From an uncultured Solirubrobacterales bacterium (GTDB lineage: Bacteria > Actinomycetota > Thermoleophilia > Solirubrobacterales > Solirubrobacteraceae): DNA of 64,000 nucleotides. The DNA lies in NCBI GenBank assembly GCA_963824295.1, contig CAWGOQ010000002.1, forward strand, positions 14,375-78,374. Direction: 5' to 3'. Positions 1-9,861 of the stretch are shown piece after piece (position 1 is the stretch's first letter; every line of letters begins with the position of its first letter). Under the pieces are notes generated by a model that saw nothing but the letters and a program-made list of their open reading frames with translations, had not been told where the DNA came from and made no database searches. The translations under genes and the position numbers were made by a program.

Positions 1-1089
1 GCGTGCGCGCTGGGCGCGGTTGCCGCCGGCTGCTCGTTCTTCGCCGGCTATCCGATCAGCCCCTCGAGCGAGATCATGGAATGGATGGCGCGGCTGTTGC
101 CGGCACGCGGTCACGTGTTCGTACAGATGGAGGACGAGCTCGCCTCGCTGGGAGCGGTGATCGGCGCCAGCTGGACCGGGGCCAAAGCGATGACCGCGAC
201 CTCCGGCCCGGGTTTCTCGCTGATGCAGGAGCACATCGGCTACGCGGCGATGACCGAGACACCGTGCGTGATCGTCGACTCGCAGCGCGTCGGCCCGAGC
301 ACCGGCATGCCCACGATGCCGGCCCAGGGCGACGTGATGCAAGCACGATGGGGATCGCACGGCGATCGCCCCGCGATCGTGCTGACGGCGTCATCGGTGC
401 GCGACACCTACGAGATGACCGTCGAAGCGTTCAACCTGAGCGAGACCTACCGGCTACCCGTGGTGCTGCTGCTCGACGCGACGCTCTCGCACATGCGCGA
501 GAACGTCACTTTCCCGGACATCGATGTCGTCACGCGCGCACGCCCCGCTTCGGCTGAGGGCTTCGAGCCTTTCGGCAGCCCCGAGTTCATGCCCCTTGGC
601 AACGGCGCTCGGTTCATGGTGACCGGCTTGGCCCACGATGAGACGGGCCACGAGCGCGCCTCCAACGGCGCCGGCGACCGACTTCTGCGTCGCGCGACTG
701 AGCGGCTCGACGCCGATGCGGCGCGGATCGCGCACACCCGGCGCTACCAGCTCGAGGACGCATCGCTCGTGTTCATCTCGTACGGCATAACCGCGCGAGC
801 AGCGCGGGCAGCAGTTGACCAGCTCCGCGCCGAAGGCGTTCGCGCCGGTCTGCTCGAGCTGTTGACGCTCTGGCCGGTCCCGGACGCGCTCATCACCTCA
901 GTGGCACGCGACGCCGACGCCCTCGTCGTGCCCGAGCTGAACCTCGGTCAGGTGGCGCTGCTCGTCCGCGCGAGGGCGGGGGCGACGCCGACGCTCCCGC
1001 TGGGCCGCGTGAACGGTAGGCTTCTTCAACCCGGCGAAATTGCGTCCGCCGGACGTGCCGCGCTGCACGAGAACCGGAACGTCCCATGA
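1..1089 (+). CDS. korA: 2-oxoacid:ferredoxin oxidoreductase, alpha subunit (5' partial, runs off window start)
   Basis: Frame 1 is open from base 1 (ACALGAVAAGCSFFAGYPISPSSEIMEW...) and continues as ORF 76..1089. Motifs GAKAMTATSGPGFSLMQE and PCVIVDSQRVGPSTGMPT are typical of the KorA/PorA family. ATGA stop/start overlap with the next subunit. Confidence 0.9.
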   Translation, partial: ACALGAVAAGCSFFAGYPISPSSEIMEWMARLLPARGHVFVQMEDELASLGAVIGASWTGAKAMTATSGPGFSLMQEHIGYAAMTETPCVIVDSQRVGPSTGMPTMPAQGDVMQARWGSHGDRPAIVLTASSVRDTYEMTVEAFNLSETYRLPVVLLLDATLSHMRENVTFPDIDVVTRARPASAEGFEPFGSPEFMPLGNGARFMVTGLAHDETGHERASNGAGDRLLRRATERLDADAARIAHTRRYQLEDASLVFISYGITARAARAAVDQLRAEGVRAGLLELLTLWPVPDALITSVARDADALVVPELNLGQVALLVRARAGATPTLPLGRVNGRLLQPGEIASAGRAALHENRNVP

Positions 1090-1907
1090 GACGCGGCGAG
1101 GACCTACGCCGGTACCTGCGCCAAGAGGCGATGCCGAATGTCTGGTGCCCCGGCTGCGGTCACGGGAACGTGATGACCGCGTTGACCAAGGCCTTCGAGG
1201 CTACGCAGCTCGATCTCGATAAGACCGTCGTCGTCGGCGGTATCGGCTGCGCGAGCCGCATGCCGTTCTTTCTGAACACGAACGCGATGCACACGACGCA
1301 CGGTCGCGCGCTGACCTTCGCGACCGGAATCAAGCTTGCGCGGCCCGACTTGACCGTGATCGCGGTGATGGGCGACGGAGACGCCCTGGCGATCGGCGGC
1401 AACCATCTGATCCATGCCTGCCGTCGCAACATCGACCTGACCGCGCTGATCCTCAACAACGAGATCTACGGCATGACCGGCGGCCAGCTCGCGCCGACCA
1501 CACCGCAGGGCATGCGCTCGGCAACAAGCCCGCTTGGCAGCATCGAGACGCCGTTCGACACCGTCGAGCTGGTGCTCGCAGCCGGCGCGACCTATGTGGC
1601 CCGGACGACGACCTTCGACTTCGACGAGATGCCACGGCTGATCCAGGCCGCGCTGGCCCACCCAGGATTTGCCCTGATCGAGATCCTCACCCAGTGCCCG
1701 ACGTACTTCGGGCGGCTGAACAAACTCGGAGCTGGGCGCGCGCTGCTCGATTACGAAAGGGACATGACCGAACCGCTCGAGACCGTCACGCGCGAAGATC
1801 TCGCCGGCAAACTCCCGACCGGAGTCTTCCGCGACGAGATCCGCCCCGAGTTCACGCGGCGGTACGCTGCGCTGCGCGAACGAGCGCGAAAGGGCGCGCG
1901 TGACTAG
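1086..1907 (+). CDS. korB: 2-oxoacid:ferredoxin oxidoreductase, beta (TPP-binding) subunit
   Basis: 273-aa ORF with CPGCGHG, GIGCASR and GDGDALAIGGNH motifs. Translationally coupled to the flanking subunits. Confidence 0.9.
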   Translation: MRRGEDLRRYLRQEAMPNVWCPGCGHGNVMTALTKAFEATQLDLDKTVVVGGIGCASRMPFFLNTNAMHTTHGRALTFATGIKLARPDLTVIAVMGDGDALAIGGNHLIHACRRNIDLTALILNNEIYGMTGGQLAPTTPQGMRSATSPLGSIETPFDTVELVLAAGATYVARTTTFDFDEMPRLIQAALAHPGFALIEILTQCPTYFGRLNKLGAGRALLDYERDMTEPLETVTREDLAGKLPTGVFRDEIRPEFTRRYAALRERARKGARD

Positions 1908-2433
1908 CGAGGCGATCGGCGTGCGCGTCGCGGGGCGGGGCGGACAGGGAGTGATGCTTGCCGGCTTCCTGCTCGCGCAGGCAGCCATGACCGACGGCAA
2001 GCACGTCGTTCAGACGCAAAGCTACGGACCAGAAGCCCGCCTGGGCGCGGCGAAGTCGGACGTGATCCTGTCCCGGTCGGAGATCGCCTATCCGGAGGTA
2101 ATCGAGCCGGACGTCTTCCTGTGCTTGTCACACGACGCGCTAGTCGCGTACTCATCCACCGTCAGCCCTGGAGCGATGTCCATCATCGACGACCGGGCGG
2201 TGAGCGGGTTCGAGATCCCGGGCGCGATCATCCTGCCGTTGACCGAGACCGCCCGCGAATGTGGCGCGGCGCTCGCCACGAACATCGTCGGTCTTGGCGC
2301 CCTGGTCGGAACCGCGGCCCTCGTCTCCGAGCGATCGATGCGCGAGGCCCTTGCCGCCCGCGTCGCACCAGACCTGCTCGCGCTGAACACGCAGGCGTTC
2401 ACGGCCGGCCTGCGACTGGCGGCCTCCGTGTGA
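1900..2433 (+). CDS. 2-oxoacid:ferredoxin oxidoreductase, gamma subunit
   Basis: 177-aa ORF overlapping korB by 8 bp. The GQGVMLAGFLLAQAAM...SYGPEARLGAAKSDVILS pattern is typical of the POR gamma family. Confidence 0.8.
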   Translation: MTSEAIGVRVAGRGGQGVMLAGFLLAQAAMTDGKHVVQTQSYGPEARLGAAKSDVILSRSEIAYPEVIEPDVFLCLSHDALVAYSSTVSPGAMSIIDDRAVSGFEIPGAIILPLTETARECGAALATNIVGLGALVGTAALVSERSMREALAARVAPDLLALNTQAFTAGLRLAASV

Positions 2434-2439
2434 GGCGGG

Positions 2440-3440
2440 TTATACGGTGCAAGCGAGGCGAACGTAGTGCCGAGCTCTTCGGCGACGATCTTGTCTTGCG
2501 CCGCCCACGGGACTGCTCATGGATCTGCGACTGCCAGCCGAGGCCGTCGATTACCCGTGCGGACATGCACACGCGCCGGGCGCCGGTCAACAGGACCCCG
2601 CGGATCACGGGGGCTGAACGGCGGGGGGCGATCTCCGACGCCGGCGAGGTGGGCGATACCGGCCGCTGCCGTGTCCGCCTGCTGGGCGCCGATGCCGCCG
2701 TGCTTGACCGGAAGAAGTCTGTGACGTCTCCGGCGGCGAAGGCGTGCACCTCACGGCCGGCGAACGCAACGATGCCAGGAGCCGGTACGCACACAGCGAC
2801 GCCCGCGTGCAATCTAACCCCCGCCTCGTGCAGCAGGTCGAGGACCGCGTCGCCGGCGGCTTGGCCGAATGCCTTTAGCGGTCGGCCCTCCCACGTGACG
2901 AAGGTCAGCTCGGGGCTGCGGTTCATGCTCCGCCCACGAGGTCCGGTCATCAGCGCCAGCTCGTAGAGCGGTAGCGGCAACACCCACTCATGTGTGCCAG
3001 GACGAACGCGACCGCCTCGACTGAGCCCGCCTCGAGCCGCCGACGATCCGGTCGAATGTCTCGTCGGCCGCGTCGTCGGTGAACACCTGCGCGTGTGGGT
3101 GCTAGGGCGACGCTTCGCTTGCCCCGATCGCAAGCAACAGCGCGTCGTACGCTAGCTCGGCCCCGCCCTCCGTGCGGACCGTCTGGCCGGCGGGTTCCAC
3201 CGCCGTCAGCCGGTCCCTGACCCAGCGCGCGCCCACGTCCGACGCGATGCGCTCCAGCGGATAGCGCCGCACGCCGGGCAGACCGAACGCCTTCTGGACC
3301 GCCGGCGGACGATAGGTCATGCACGCATCGGGGCACACCAGCGTGAGCTGCACCCGCTCGCGGGCGAGCCGCCTGAGGCGCAGGACACCCTCGACGCCGG
3401 CGACCCCGCAGCCGCAGATCACGACCTCGAAACGTGACAT
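2440..3440 (-). pseudogene. FAD-dependent pyridine nucleotide-disulfide oxidoreductase (SQR/NDH-2-like), disrupted
   Basis: The N-terminus MSRFEVVICGCGVAGVEG (Rossmann GxGxxG) starts at 3440. An in-frame TAG lies at about 3102 (..GASEASP*HPHAQVFTDD..). Homology then hops frames (..EAGSVEAVAFV.. then HEWVLPLPLYELALMT.. then GDVTDF..). The 3' end is uncertain. Confidence 0.7.
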
Positions 3441-4349
3441 CGCGTCACTATCAAGGCGCGGGCGGGTCGGCACATCGGCGCAAACCACGGACGCCATCTT
3501 GCCCCCGGCTAACGCCGCGCGGGATTTGGCGGTACGCAAGGAGGCCCAAGCTCAGTTCAGAACGGCCAATCTTCGGGGGTCCGGCTGGCGCCATCCGCGC
3601 AATCGGTTTCGGCGTCAGGCCGCCCGGCCTCGCGCGATCGCCGTGGCGTCCAAGACGTTCGCCACCAAGTGGTGCTAGCCGCCGACAAGCTAGCGGATGC
3701 GCGCCCGAGACTTGTGCGTTCCTGAGCGAGCGGGCGCCGACGCGCGCTGCCCGCGGTACCGGATCGGACGAATGGCAGGAGAGCGGTCCAGTCCGCCGAC
3801 TCGGCACGTCTGCATAGGCAGCGCTGTGGCAGCCCGGCCAGTCAACGCCGTGACACTCGGCGATTGCTATCGCGTGGAAGCACGCGCCGGCGACTCACGC
3901 GCGAAGGTCGAGAACTCCGTCGCGCACGCCGCTCCTGCTCTCCGAGAAAGCAAGCGTCCGGACTTGTCCGCCCCTCACTCTTGGCTCGCTCGTGCCTTCG
4001 CCCAAGAGGAGGCGTCCGGATCGAGGCCTGCGACGGGGGCCTGAGATGGCCGATAGGGGCACCGCGCCGGGACGAACGCAGACTGCCGCTCTCACGAACG
4101 ACCGGTCGCGTCGAGCTTCGTTGCGCCGGCGATCAGGGCTTCCGCTTCGGCCTGGCGGACAGCGTGAGCGGCAGAGTCAAGTCGGCTGTAGTGGTGTAAC
4201 GCTCACGCTCGTCGACGAGGTGGGCGGTGGCTCAGACCGCGGGGAGCGGGATCACCTCCCTGGCGAGGTTGCCGCGCGGGTTCTCGCGGAGGCGAGCCCG
4301 TAGGGCGAGCCGCAGCGAGGACCTGCGCGGGCGCGCCGTCCGAGAGGGG

Positions 4350-4905
4350 TCAGGCCGCAAGCTGTGCCACCTCCTCGAAGTCGACGGCTGGATCGCTTGG
4401 TTCGGTGAGGACGAGTGCCATTGACTCGGCGGAGAGGTAGCGGCGCTGCACGAGCCACTCGTCGTTCTGCTCCAGGAGCAGCGCGCCCGCGAGCCGGATC
4501 ACGGCGGCGTCGTTGGGGAAGATCCCGACGACGTCAGAGCGTCGGCCGATCTCCTTGTTGACCCGCTCGAGCGGATTCGTGCTCCGGAGCTTGGTCCAGT
4601 GCTCGCGCGGGAACGCGTAGAACGCGGTCAGGTCCTCCTCCGCTTGCTCGAGCAGCTCACACACCTTCGGCGCGACCGACGCGAGCCGCTCGAGCACGTT
4701 GGTGACCCGCTGCTTGGCCTGCTCGCCGCCCTCGGCCTGGAAGATCTCCCTGAGCGCGGCGGCGACCAGCCCGCGCTGATCGCGCCGGCAGTGCATGACC
4801 ATGTCACGAGTGAAGTGCACCGAGCAGCGCTGCCATGGACAGCCGAGCACCCGGGCGACCGCGTGCGAGGTTGCCCCGCTCGTCGTGGAAATTCACGGTG
4901 ACGGC
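4350..4905 (-). pseudogene. IS256 (Mutator) family transposase, C-terminal fragment
   Basis: ..HAVARVLGCPWQRCSVHFTRD...TNPLERVNKEIGRRSDVVGIFPNDAAVIRLAGALLLEQNDEW matches the IS256-family C-terminal half. The reading frame is closed by a stop just upstream (about 4905), so the N-terminal half is missing. Confidence 0.8.
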
Positions 4906-4920
4906 GGTCCGAGTGGATGG

Positions 4921-5150
4921 TTACACAGTCAGGGATGCGGCTTCCTCCTCGATCGTGGTGTGTGCGGCTTGTTGGCGGCGGCGGAGTAGGTCGTGCTCGA
5001 TCGCGATGGCGAGGTTCGCCAGCCCGCGGTAGCCCTGGACTTTCCGGAAGCGGCTCTCGGCTTCGAGCATGCCGGTGGCGGTCCAGCGCAGGCACATGTC
5101 GCCCGAGCTCCAGTTCTTGACGTTGCGGTGGATGACCCGAGTTGCATACT
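4921..5150 (-). pseudogene. Second transposase C-terminal remnant (family not assigned)
   Basis: Minus-strand translation RVIHRNVKNWSSGDMCLRWTATGMLEAESRFRKVQGYRGLANLAIAIEHDL...* resembles the conserved C-terminal tail of an actinobacterial DDE transposase family. It is preceded by an in-frame stop, so only about 75 aa remain. Confidence 0.5.
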
Positions 5151-6102
5151 GCCGTTCTCAGCCATGATGACTCCCGACAGCATGGACTTGTGGCCTCGAG
5201 CAATCTGCACGACGACGAAGGCTGCTGCCCCATCAGCACGACTGGCGTGTCACAGATCTAAGAGCCCGACCTCCTCGGCTTGATACCACCGCTCCACGAT
5301 CGCGCACAAGTTCGTGCCCTTCAGCACACAGTCTGCTGAACAGCCCAGCGCCAGACGAGGACAGCACCGCCAGGCCGTGGCCCGAGGGCGACGAAGCCGC
5401 CCAGCACCGGGGCAATAGCCGGGAGGGCCCCCTCGCAAGGCCGGCCCGGGCGTCGATCAAATCGTTTGACCGACGGCCACGCGCGCTGCAAGCCGTATGG
5501 CCGCCGCCGACGACAGAGTGGCCTTGGCACCGGGATCGGCCGATGCTAGAAGAGAACGCGGATCGCGTTAGCTGCTTCGTCCCGGTTCAGCAAACAGCAG
5601 CGAGCGCTTACTGAAAATCGACCTACCTACGCGCAGCTAACGACCAGCCCACCAGTGCGGTGTGACTGTTTTCGCCCACATCCAGGCGGGCGCGGCCTGG
5701 GCGCGCGACGACTGCTTCGGCTCTCGCGGCTGCTCCGGCCGCGCTATGCCTTTGCCACGCGAGCGATCGTCCCGACCCGGACCCGCTTACTTATCCGGAC
5801 GGTGGGTGTCAAGTGGTCCGTCCCGGGTGATCGCGCTTGGGGGAGCGTGGGCGTGTTGGATCCGGTGTTGCGCGCGGGCGCCCGGGCTTACTTTGGACCG
5901 CCCCCCGTTCCGTGGACACGTTCTGAGTTGACCGTGTCAGCGTAGGACAGCGCCCGGACGGAAGACGGTAGCGCTGGGTGGGGACAAGCGTTCGGGGGAG
6001 CGCGCGCGGGTTCGCGGCGCAGCGAGTCCCGAGGGGCGAGCGGAGCTGCGTACCCGCGCGCGGCGCGCCCGCCGGACCCCTGCGGCGGGAGGGGGTAACC
6101 GC

Positions 6103-6996
6103 TCAGACGGCCTCGGCGACGACGAGCGTGAGGTGATGGTCGCGCTCGATCTCGTCGGGGGAGCGGTACCCGAGCGTGGAGTGCAACCGTCGCCGGTTGT
6201 AGAACTCTTCGATGTATTGGAAGATCGAGCTGCGCGCCTGCTCATGTGTGGCGTAGGTGCGCCGGCGCAGCCTCTCTTTCTCCAGTGACGCGAAGAAGCT
6301 TTCCTTGGCGGCGTTGTCGTGGGGGCTGCCCTTGCGACTGTTGGACTGCGTGACACCATGCGCGCGGCATGCGGCGCCGAACGTCACAGCCGTGTACTGA
6401 CAGCCGCGATCGGCGTGGTGAATGATCCCCTCACCCGGCCGGCGCTGGGAGACGGCCATCTCGAGCGCGCGGGCGACGAGCGGCGCGTCGGCGACCGGGC
6501 CCATCGCCCAGCCCACGATCCGGCGCGAGAAGCAGTCCAGCACGCTGGCGAGGTGCAGCACACCCTCGCCAGTCGGGATCTGCTTCATGTCCGAGCACCA
6601 CAGCTGGTTCGGAGCGGTCGGCTGGAAGTCGCGCTTGACGAGATCCGGCCACACCTTCACCCCGTCGACGCCGAGTGCGCAGTCGGCGTTGCGGCGGCGC
6701 TTGGGCGGCACGTACGCGCCCTGGATGCCCTCCACGCGCATCAGCCGCTCGATCCGCTTGTGGTTGACCTCATGGCCCTCGCCGCGCAGCTCGGCGTGCA
6801 CGCGACGGGACCCGTAGGTCCCGTCACTCTCCGCATGCACACGACGGATCTCCTCGACCAGCGTCGCGTTAGCGAGCGTCCGCTCGGACGGCGGCCGCCG
6901 CGCCCACGCGTAGTAGCCCGAGCGCGACACGCCCAACACCCGGCACATCACCGCGACGTCAAAGTTGCCCTTCTCCGCGTCGATGAACCGGAACAC
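6103..6996 (-). CDS. IS3-family transposase OrfB (rve/DDE integrase domain)
   Basis: 297 aa. LWCSDMKQIPT..., HHADRGCQYT and SPHDNAAKESFFASLEKE..YNRRRLHSTLGYRSP are classic IS3 DDE catalytic-core motifs. Confidence 0.9.
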   Translation of the reverse strand: MFRFIDAEKGNFDVAVMCRVLGVSRSGYYAWARRPPSERTLANATLVEEIRRVHAESDGTYGSRRVHAELRGEGHEVNHKRIERLMRVEGIQGAYVPPKRRRNADCALGVDGVKVWPDLVKRDFQPTAPNQLWCSDMKQIPTGEGVLHLASVLDCFSRRIVGWAMGPVADAPLVARALEMAVSQRRPGEGIIHHADRGCQYTAVTFGAACRAHGVTQSNSRKGSPHDNAAKESFFASLEKERLRRRTYATHEQARSSIFQYIEEFYNRRRLHSTLGYRSPDEIERDHHLTLVVAEAV

Positions 6997-6998
6997 CG

Positions 6999-7301
6999 CT
7001 ATCGGATCTCGTTGCCCTCCCTCGCGAAGAAGGCCGCCGCCCTTTTTAGGATCTCGCGCTCTTGCTCGAGGACCCGCACGCGACGGCGCAGCTGCGTGAG
7101 CTCCTCCTTCTCATCCGAGGTCAGACCCTCACGGCGACCCTGATCGACCTCGATCTGCCTGCACCAGTTACGCAACGTCTGATGCGAGACCCCGAGCGAC
7201 TTCGCGACATCCGCGATCGAGCGGCCCTGACGCACCAACTCGACCGTCTCACGACGGAACTCCACGGGATACGGCGGACGCGTCCTTGGCATGGACACCA
7301 C
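6999..7301 (-). CDS. IS3-family transposase OrfA (HTH)
   Basis: 100 aa. [36 protein letters not shown], then a leucine-zipper-like [28 protein letters not shown] candidate -1 slippery run (cta aaa agg on the coding strand, about 7040-7050) would fuse to the OrfB frame as ..ILKKGGGLL..FRFIDAEKGNF. Confidence 0.9.
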   Translation of the reverse strand: MVSMPRTRPPYPVEFRRETVELVRQGRSIADVAKSLGVSHQTLRNWCRQIEVDQGRREGLTSDEKEELTQLRRRVRVLEQEREILKRAAAFFAREGNEIR

Positions 7302-7623
7302 ACCCTTCCAGCCGGGTCGGACAGACCCAAGCGATCAAGTGTCCACGACCTCGGGGGCATTCCACTTCGGTCCACGACCCTCGGGTTGGCTCCGGGGCCG
7401 GCGACGAGATGTTTGATGGGGTGGTCCCGCTGGGGGAAGCGTTGCGGCCGCTCGATCTTTCTAGGCCGTCCGCGCGAGTAGCGTGTCGGCAGCGGGTCTT
7501 CGGGAGCTGGCCGCGGCGCATCGGTGTGAGTGAGGGCTTGACGCGCGCGAAGGGTTTGAAGTTGGTGTTTGGTAGTTCCGGCCTGGCCGGAACTGGTTCC
7601 GCATAGCGCGGCCGAAGCCCGGG

Positions 7624-8758
7624 TCAAGCGGCCAGAGCATCGGTGCGCTCGCGGGTTGCCGCGGGCTTGGTCGTGGATCGCCTGGCGCTTGACGCGCGGC
7701 GCGCGGCTGCGCTACCTGCGCCGGAGCGTGTCTGCTCGACCGCCGGCGCCAGGGCGTCATCGCCGAGCTCGCGCAATGTGTGGTAGCAGCGCTTGAGCAG
7801 CTTGCGCGCGAGCGCGAGACACGCGCGGTTGCCGCCCAGGCGCTCGGCGGCCTGCTCGTAGAAGGCACGATCAGGCGAGCGTGGCCGACGCGCGACCTGC
7901 GCGGCCTCGTACAGCGCCCAGCGCAGCGTCGGCGGACCCTGGCGCGAGAGATGGCCGGGTGCGCGGTGACGATCAGATTGGTAGACCGTCACATCGAGAC
8001 CGCCATAGCGAACTGCATCCCGGCTGTTAGCGAACCGCCGGCAGTCACCAAGCTCTGAGACGACCGTGACCGCGCACAGCTCACCGATCCCGTAGTACGC
8101 CTCGATCAGCGCCTTGCAGCCCGTCTGCGCCCGCGCGTAGAAGCGCAGCTCGCGAGTCACCGGCGCGAGCTCGCGCTCAAGCGCGTCGACGATCGCGATC
8201 GCGACCGTGATCTGCTGGCGTGCGGTCTCGGGCAGCGACTGAGCGTCCAGCCAGTCACGCCCATCGCCGACCATCAGCTGCCGCCGCTGCGGACACCCGT
8301 GGTGAAAGAGCACCGCCTGGATGCGCTGCTGCCACTGGCAGTGCTGCTCGATCAGCGTATGACGCAGCCGCACCCGCGCGCGCAAGTCGAGGATGTGATC
8401 GGGCGGGATCCAAGACTCCGGCAGCCGCCCCGCCAGCAGCAGCTCACGGTGATGGCGGGCGTCCGCGCGGTCGCTCCTCGCGCGCCGCTTGTTGCCGCGC
8501 AGCGCCGCGGTCTCCGCCGGCTCGGCCAGATGCACCACCGCGCCGACCGCCCCGCAGCTCTTCGACCAAGAACCGCCAGCCGGTCATCGCCTCCAGCGCG
8601 ACCTCCAACTGCTCGCCGGCGAACCCCGCCAGGAACCGGCGCACCCCAGCACGATCAGCCGGGCGCACCCGCGCACGGCTGATCTCGCCACCCGCCAGAT
8701 CGATCCACTCAGCAGTGATCTGCGCCCGATGCTGATCTACGCCCATCACGATCGACAT
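7624..8758 (-). pseudogene. IS110-family transposase, one frameshift
   Basis: The N-terminal ORF 8444..8758 (MSIVMGVDQHRAQITAEWIDL...MTGWRFLVEELR) continues in another frame as ORF 7624..8538 (VVHLAEPAETAALRGNKRRARSDRADARHHRELLLAGRLPESWIP...YYGIGELCAVTVVSELGD..GGNRACLALARKLL). The frame switch is at a G-run near 8545. Confidence 0.8.
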
Positions 8759-9315
8759 CGCGACAACCCTCCCTTCCAGAAAACCAGAGCAGGAGCCAAC
8801 CTCCGACGCAACGAATACGTTGGACAGCGTGGTCGGCGCCTTCTAGTTGGACAGTCCGGCCGCGCGGACTGCAACCGCGCGCGCCTCACCTATGCTGTTC
8901 GACACGAAGGCCCCGGCCACCTTCACCGCGGCGAGGCTTCACGCGCCTTCCGGGTCCCAACCCGGATATGACATCTTTCATGTTCGAACGCGCCTCTCCG
9001 CGCCGCCACCCGCGCTCTCGCTCTGCGCGGATAGCGCGCACGCGGCCGGCGTGGTCGCGGCCGACGGCCGCGCCGACATGATCGACTCCAGCGTTAGGCG
9101 GAACGCAGATAGCTGCAAGCGCCGAGCGGCACCACCGGAGCGCAACGGAATGCGAGCGACGCCGGAGCGAAGCGGTCATGACTTCGACGTTGCCGGCACC
9201 GCTGTGCCCCGCTGCGATCGGACACACGCAGCCACGGAGCCGTGCCGGTCCCCATACTCGCCCGAGCCGAATGGGAGGTCTCGACCCGCTTGGCGACGCA
9301 ACTGCCAGGTTTCTG

Positions 9316-9861
9316 TCAAGGATCGGATTGCCCCTCCCGGACCGCCGCGAGCGCGTCACGAACTCCCGTCCAGGAGAACCCATCATGGCGGACCACGATC
9401 GAGTGCTCGCCCTCGAGAACCGTAGCGCCGGCTTGCTCAAGCCGAGTGATGTTCGGTCGATACGCCGGGTGAGCGGCAAGGGCGGCCTTGCAGTACATCG
9501 CGACGACGATCGGAACGTCGAGGCCAAGCAGCTCGTTGAGCAGGCCGAGGGCCAGGGTGTCGTTGATGCCGGCGGCCCACTGGTTCAACGTGTTGAACGT
9601 CGCCGGGGCAACGAGCACCGCGCCCGCTGGCGGGAGCTCGTCGGTCTCGTGCGGTAGGCGCGGCCTGGTCCGCACTGCATGAGCGGTTACCTTGGCAAGG
9701 CTGTTGAGGTCGAGCCACAACGCCGCTGTCTCGGTGGGGATCGCGTACAGATCCCACCCGTCCTCCTGGAGTTGCCGTGCGGCCTCTCGCCAGTCTTGAA
9801 CCGGCGGTGCGGCGCACATGATCCAGTACAGGACTCGCAGTGACTCTGTATCGACGGTCAT
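9316..9861 (-). CDS. Flavoprotein-family protein (EpiD/Dfp-like fold)
   Basis: 181 aa. ..VLVAPATFNTLNQWAAGINDTLALGLLNELLGLDVPIVVAMYCKAALAAHPAY.. resembles the PF02441-type flavoprotein family. 4-bp overlap with the upstream XRE gene. Confidence 0.6.
   Translation of the reverse strand: MTVDTESLRVLYWIMCAAPPVQDWREAARQLQEDGWDLYAIPTETAALWLDLNSLAKVTAHAVRTRPRLPHETDELPPAGAVLVAPATFNTLNQWAAGINDTLALGLLNELLGLDVPIVVAMYCKAALAAHPAYRPNITRLEQAGATVLEGEHSIVVRHDGFSWTGVRDALAAVREGQSDP

Larger units (their letters stand above)
5913..7345 (-). mobile_element. IS3-family insertion sequence (about 1.43 kb), apparently intact
   Basis: orfA and orfB in the IS3 arrangement. Termini TGGACAC... (5913) and ...GTGTCCA (7345) form a short imperfect inverted repeat with TG/CA ends. 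No clean 3-bp target duplication seen (flanks ccg / cga). Confidence 0.7.

Noticed and set aside
5250-5330. Possible third transposase tail (..DCVLKGTNLCAIVERWYQAEEVGLLDL*) on the minus strand
   Set aside because: Only about 27 residues, and I cannot tie them to a specific transposase family from memory. This is too weak to call.
5567-5640. Inverted repeat cgttagctgc ... gcagctaacg (10-bp arms, about 55-nt spacer) in a lower-GC patch
   Set aside because: It is a single occurrence inside IS debris between transposase remnants with no associated ORF or known RNA motif, most likely a leftover IS terminal region. Noted but not promoted to a feature.
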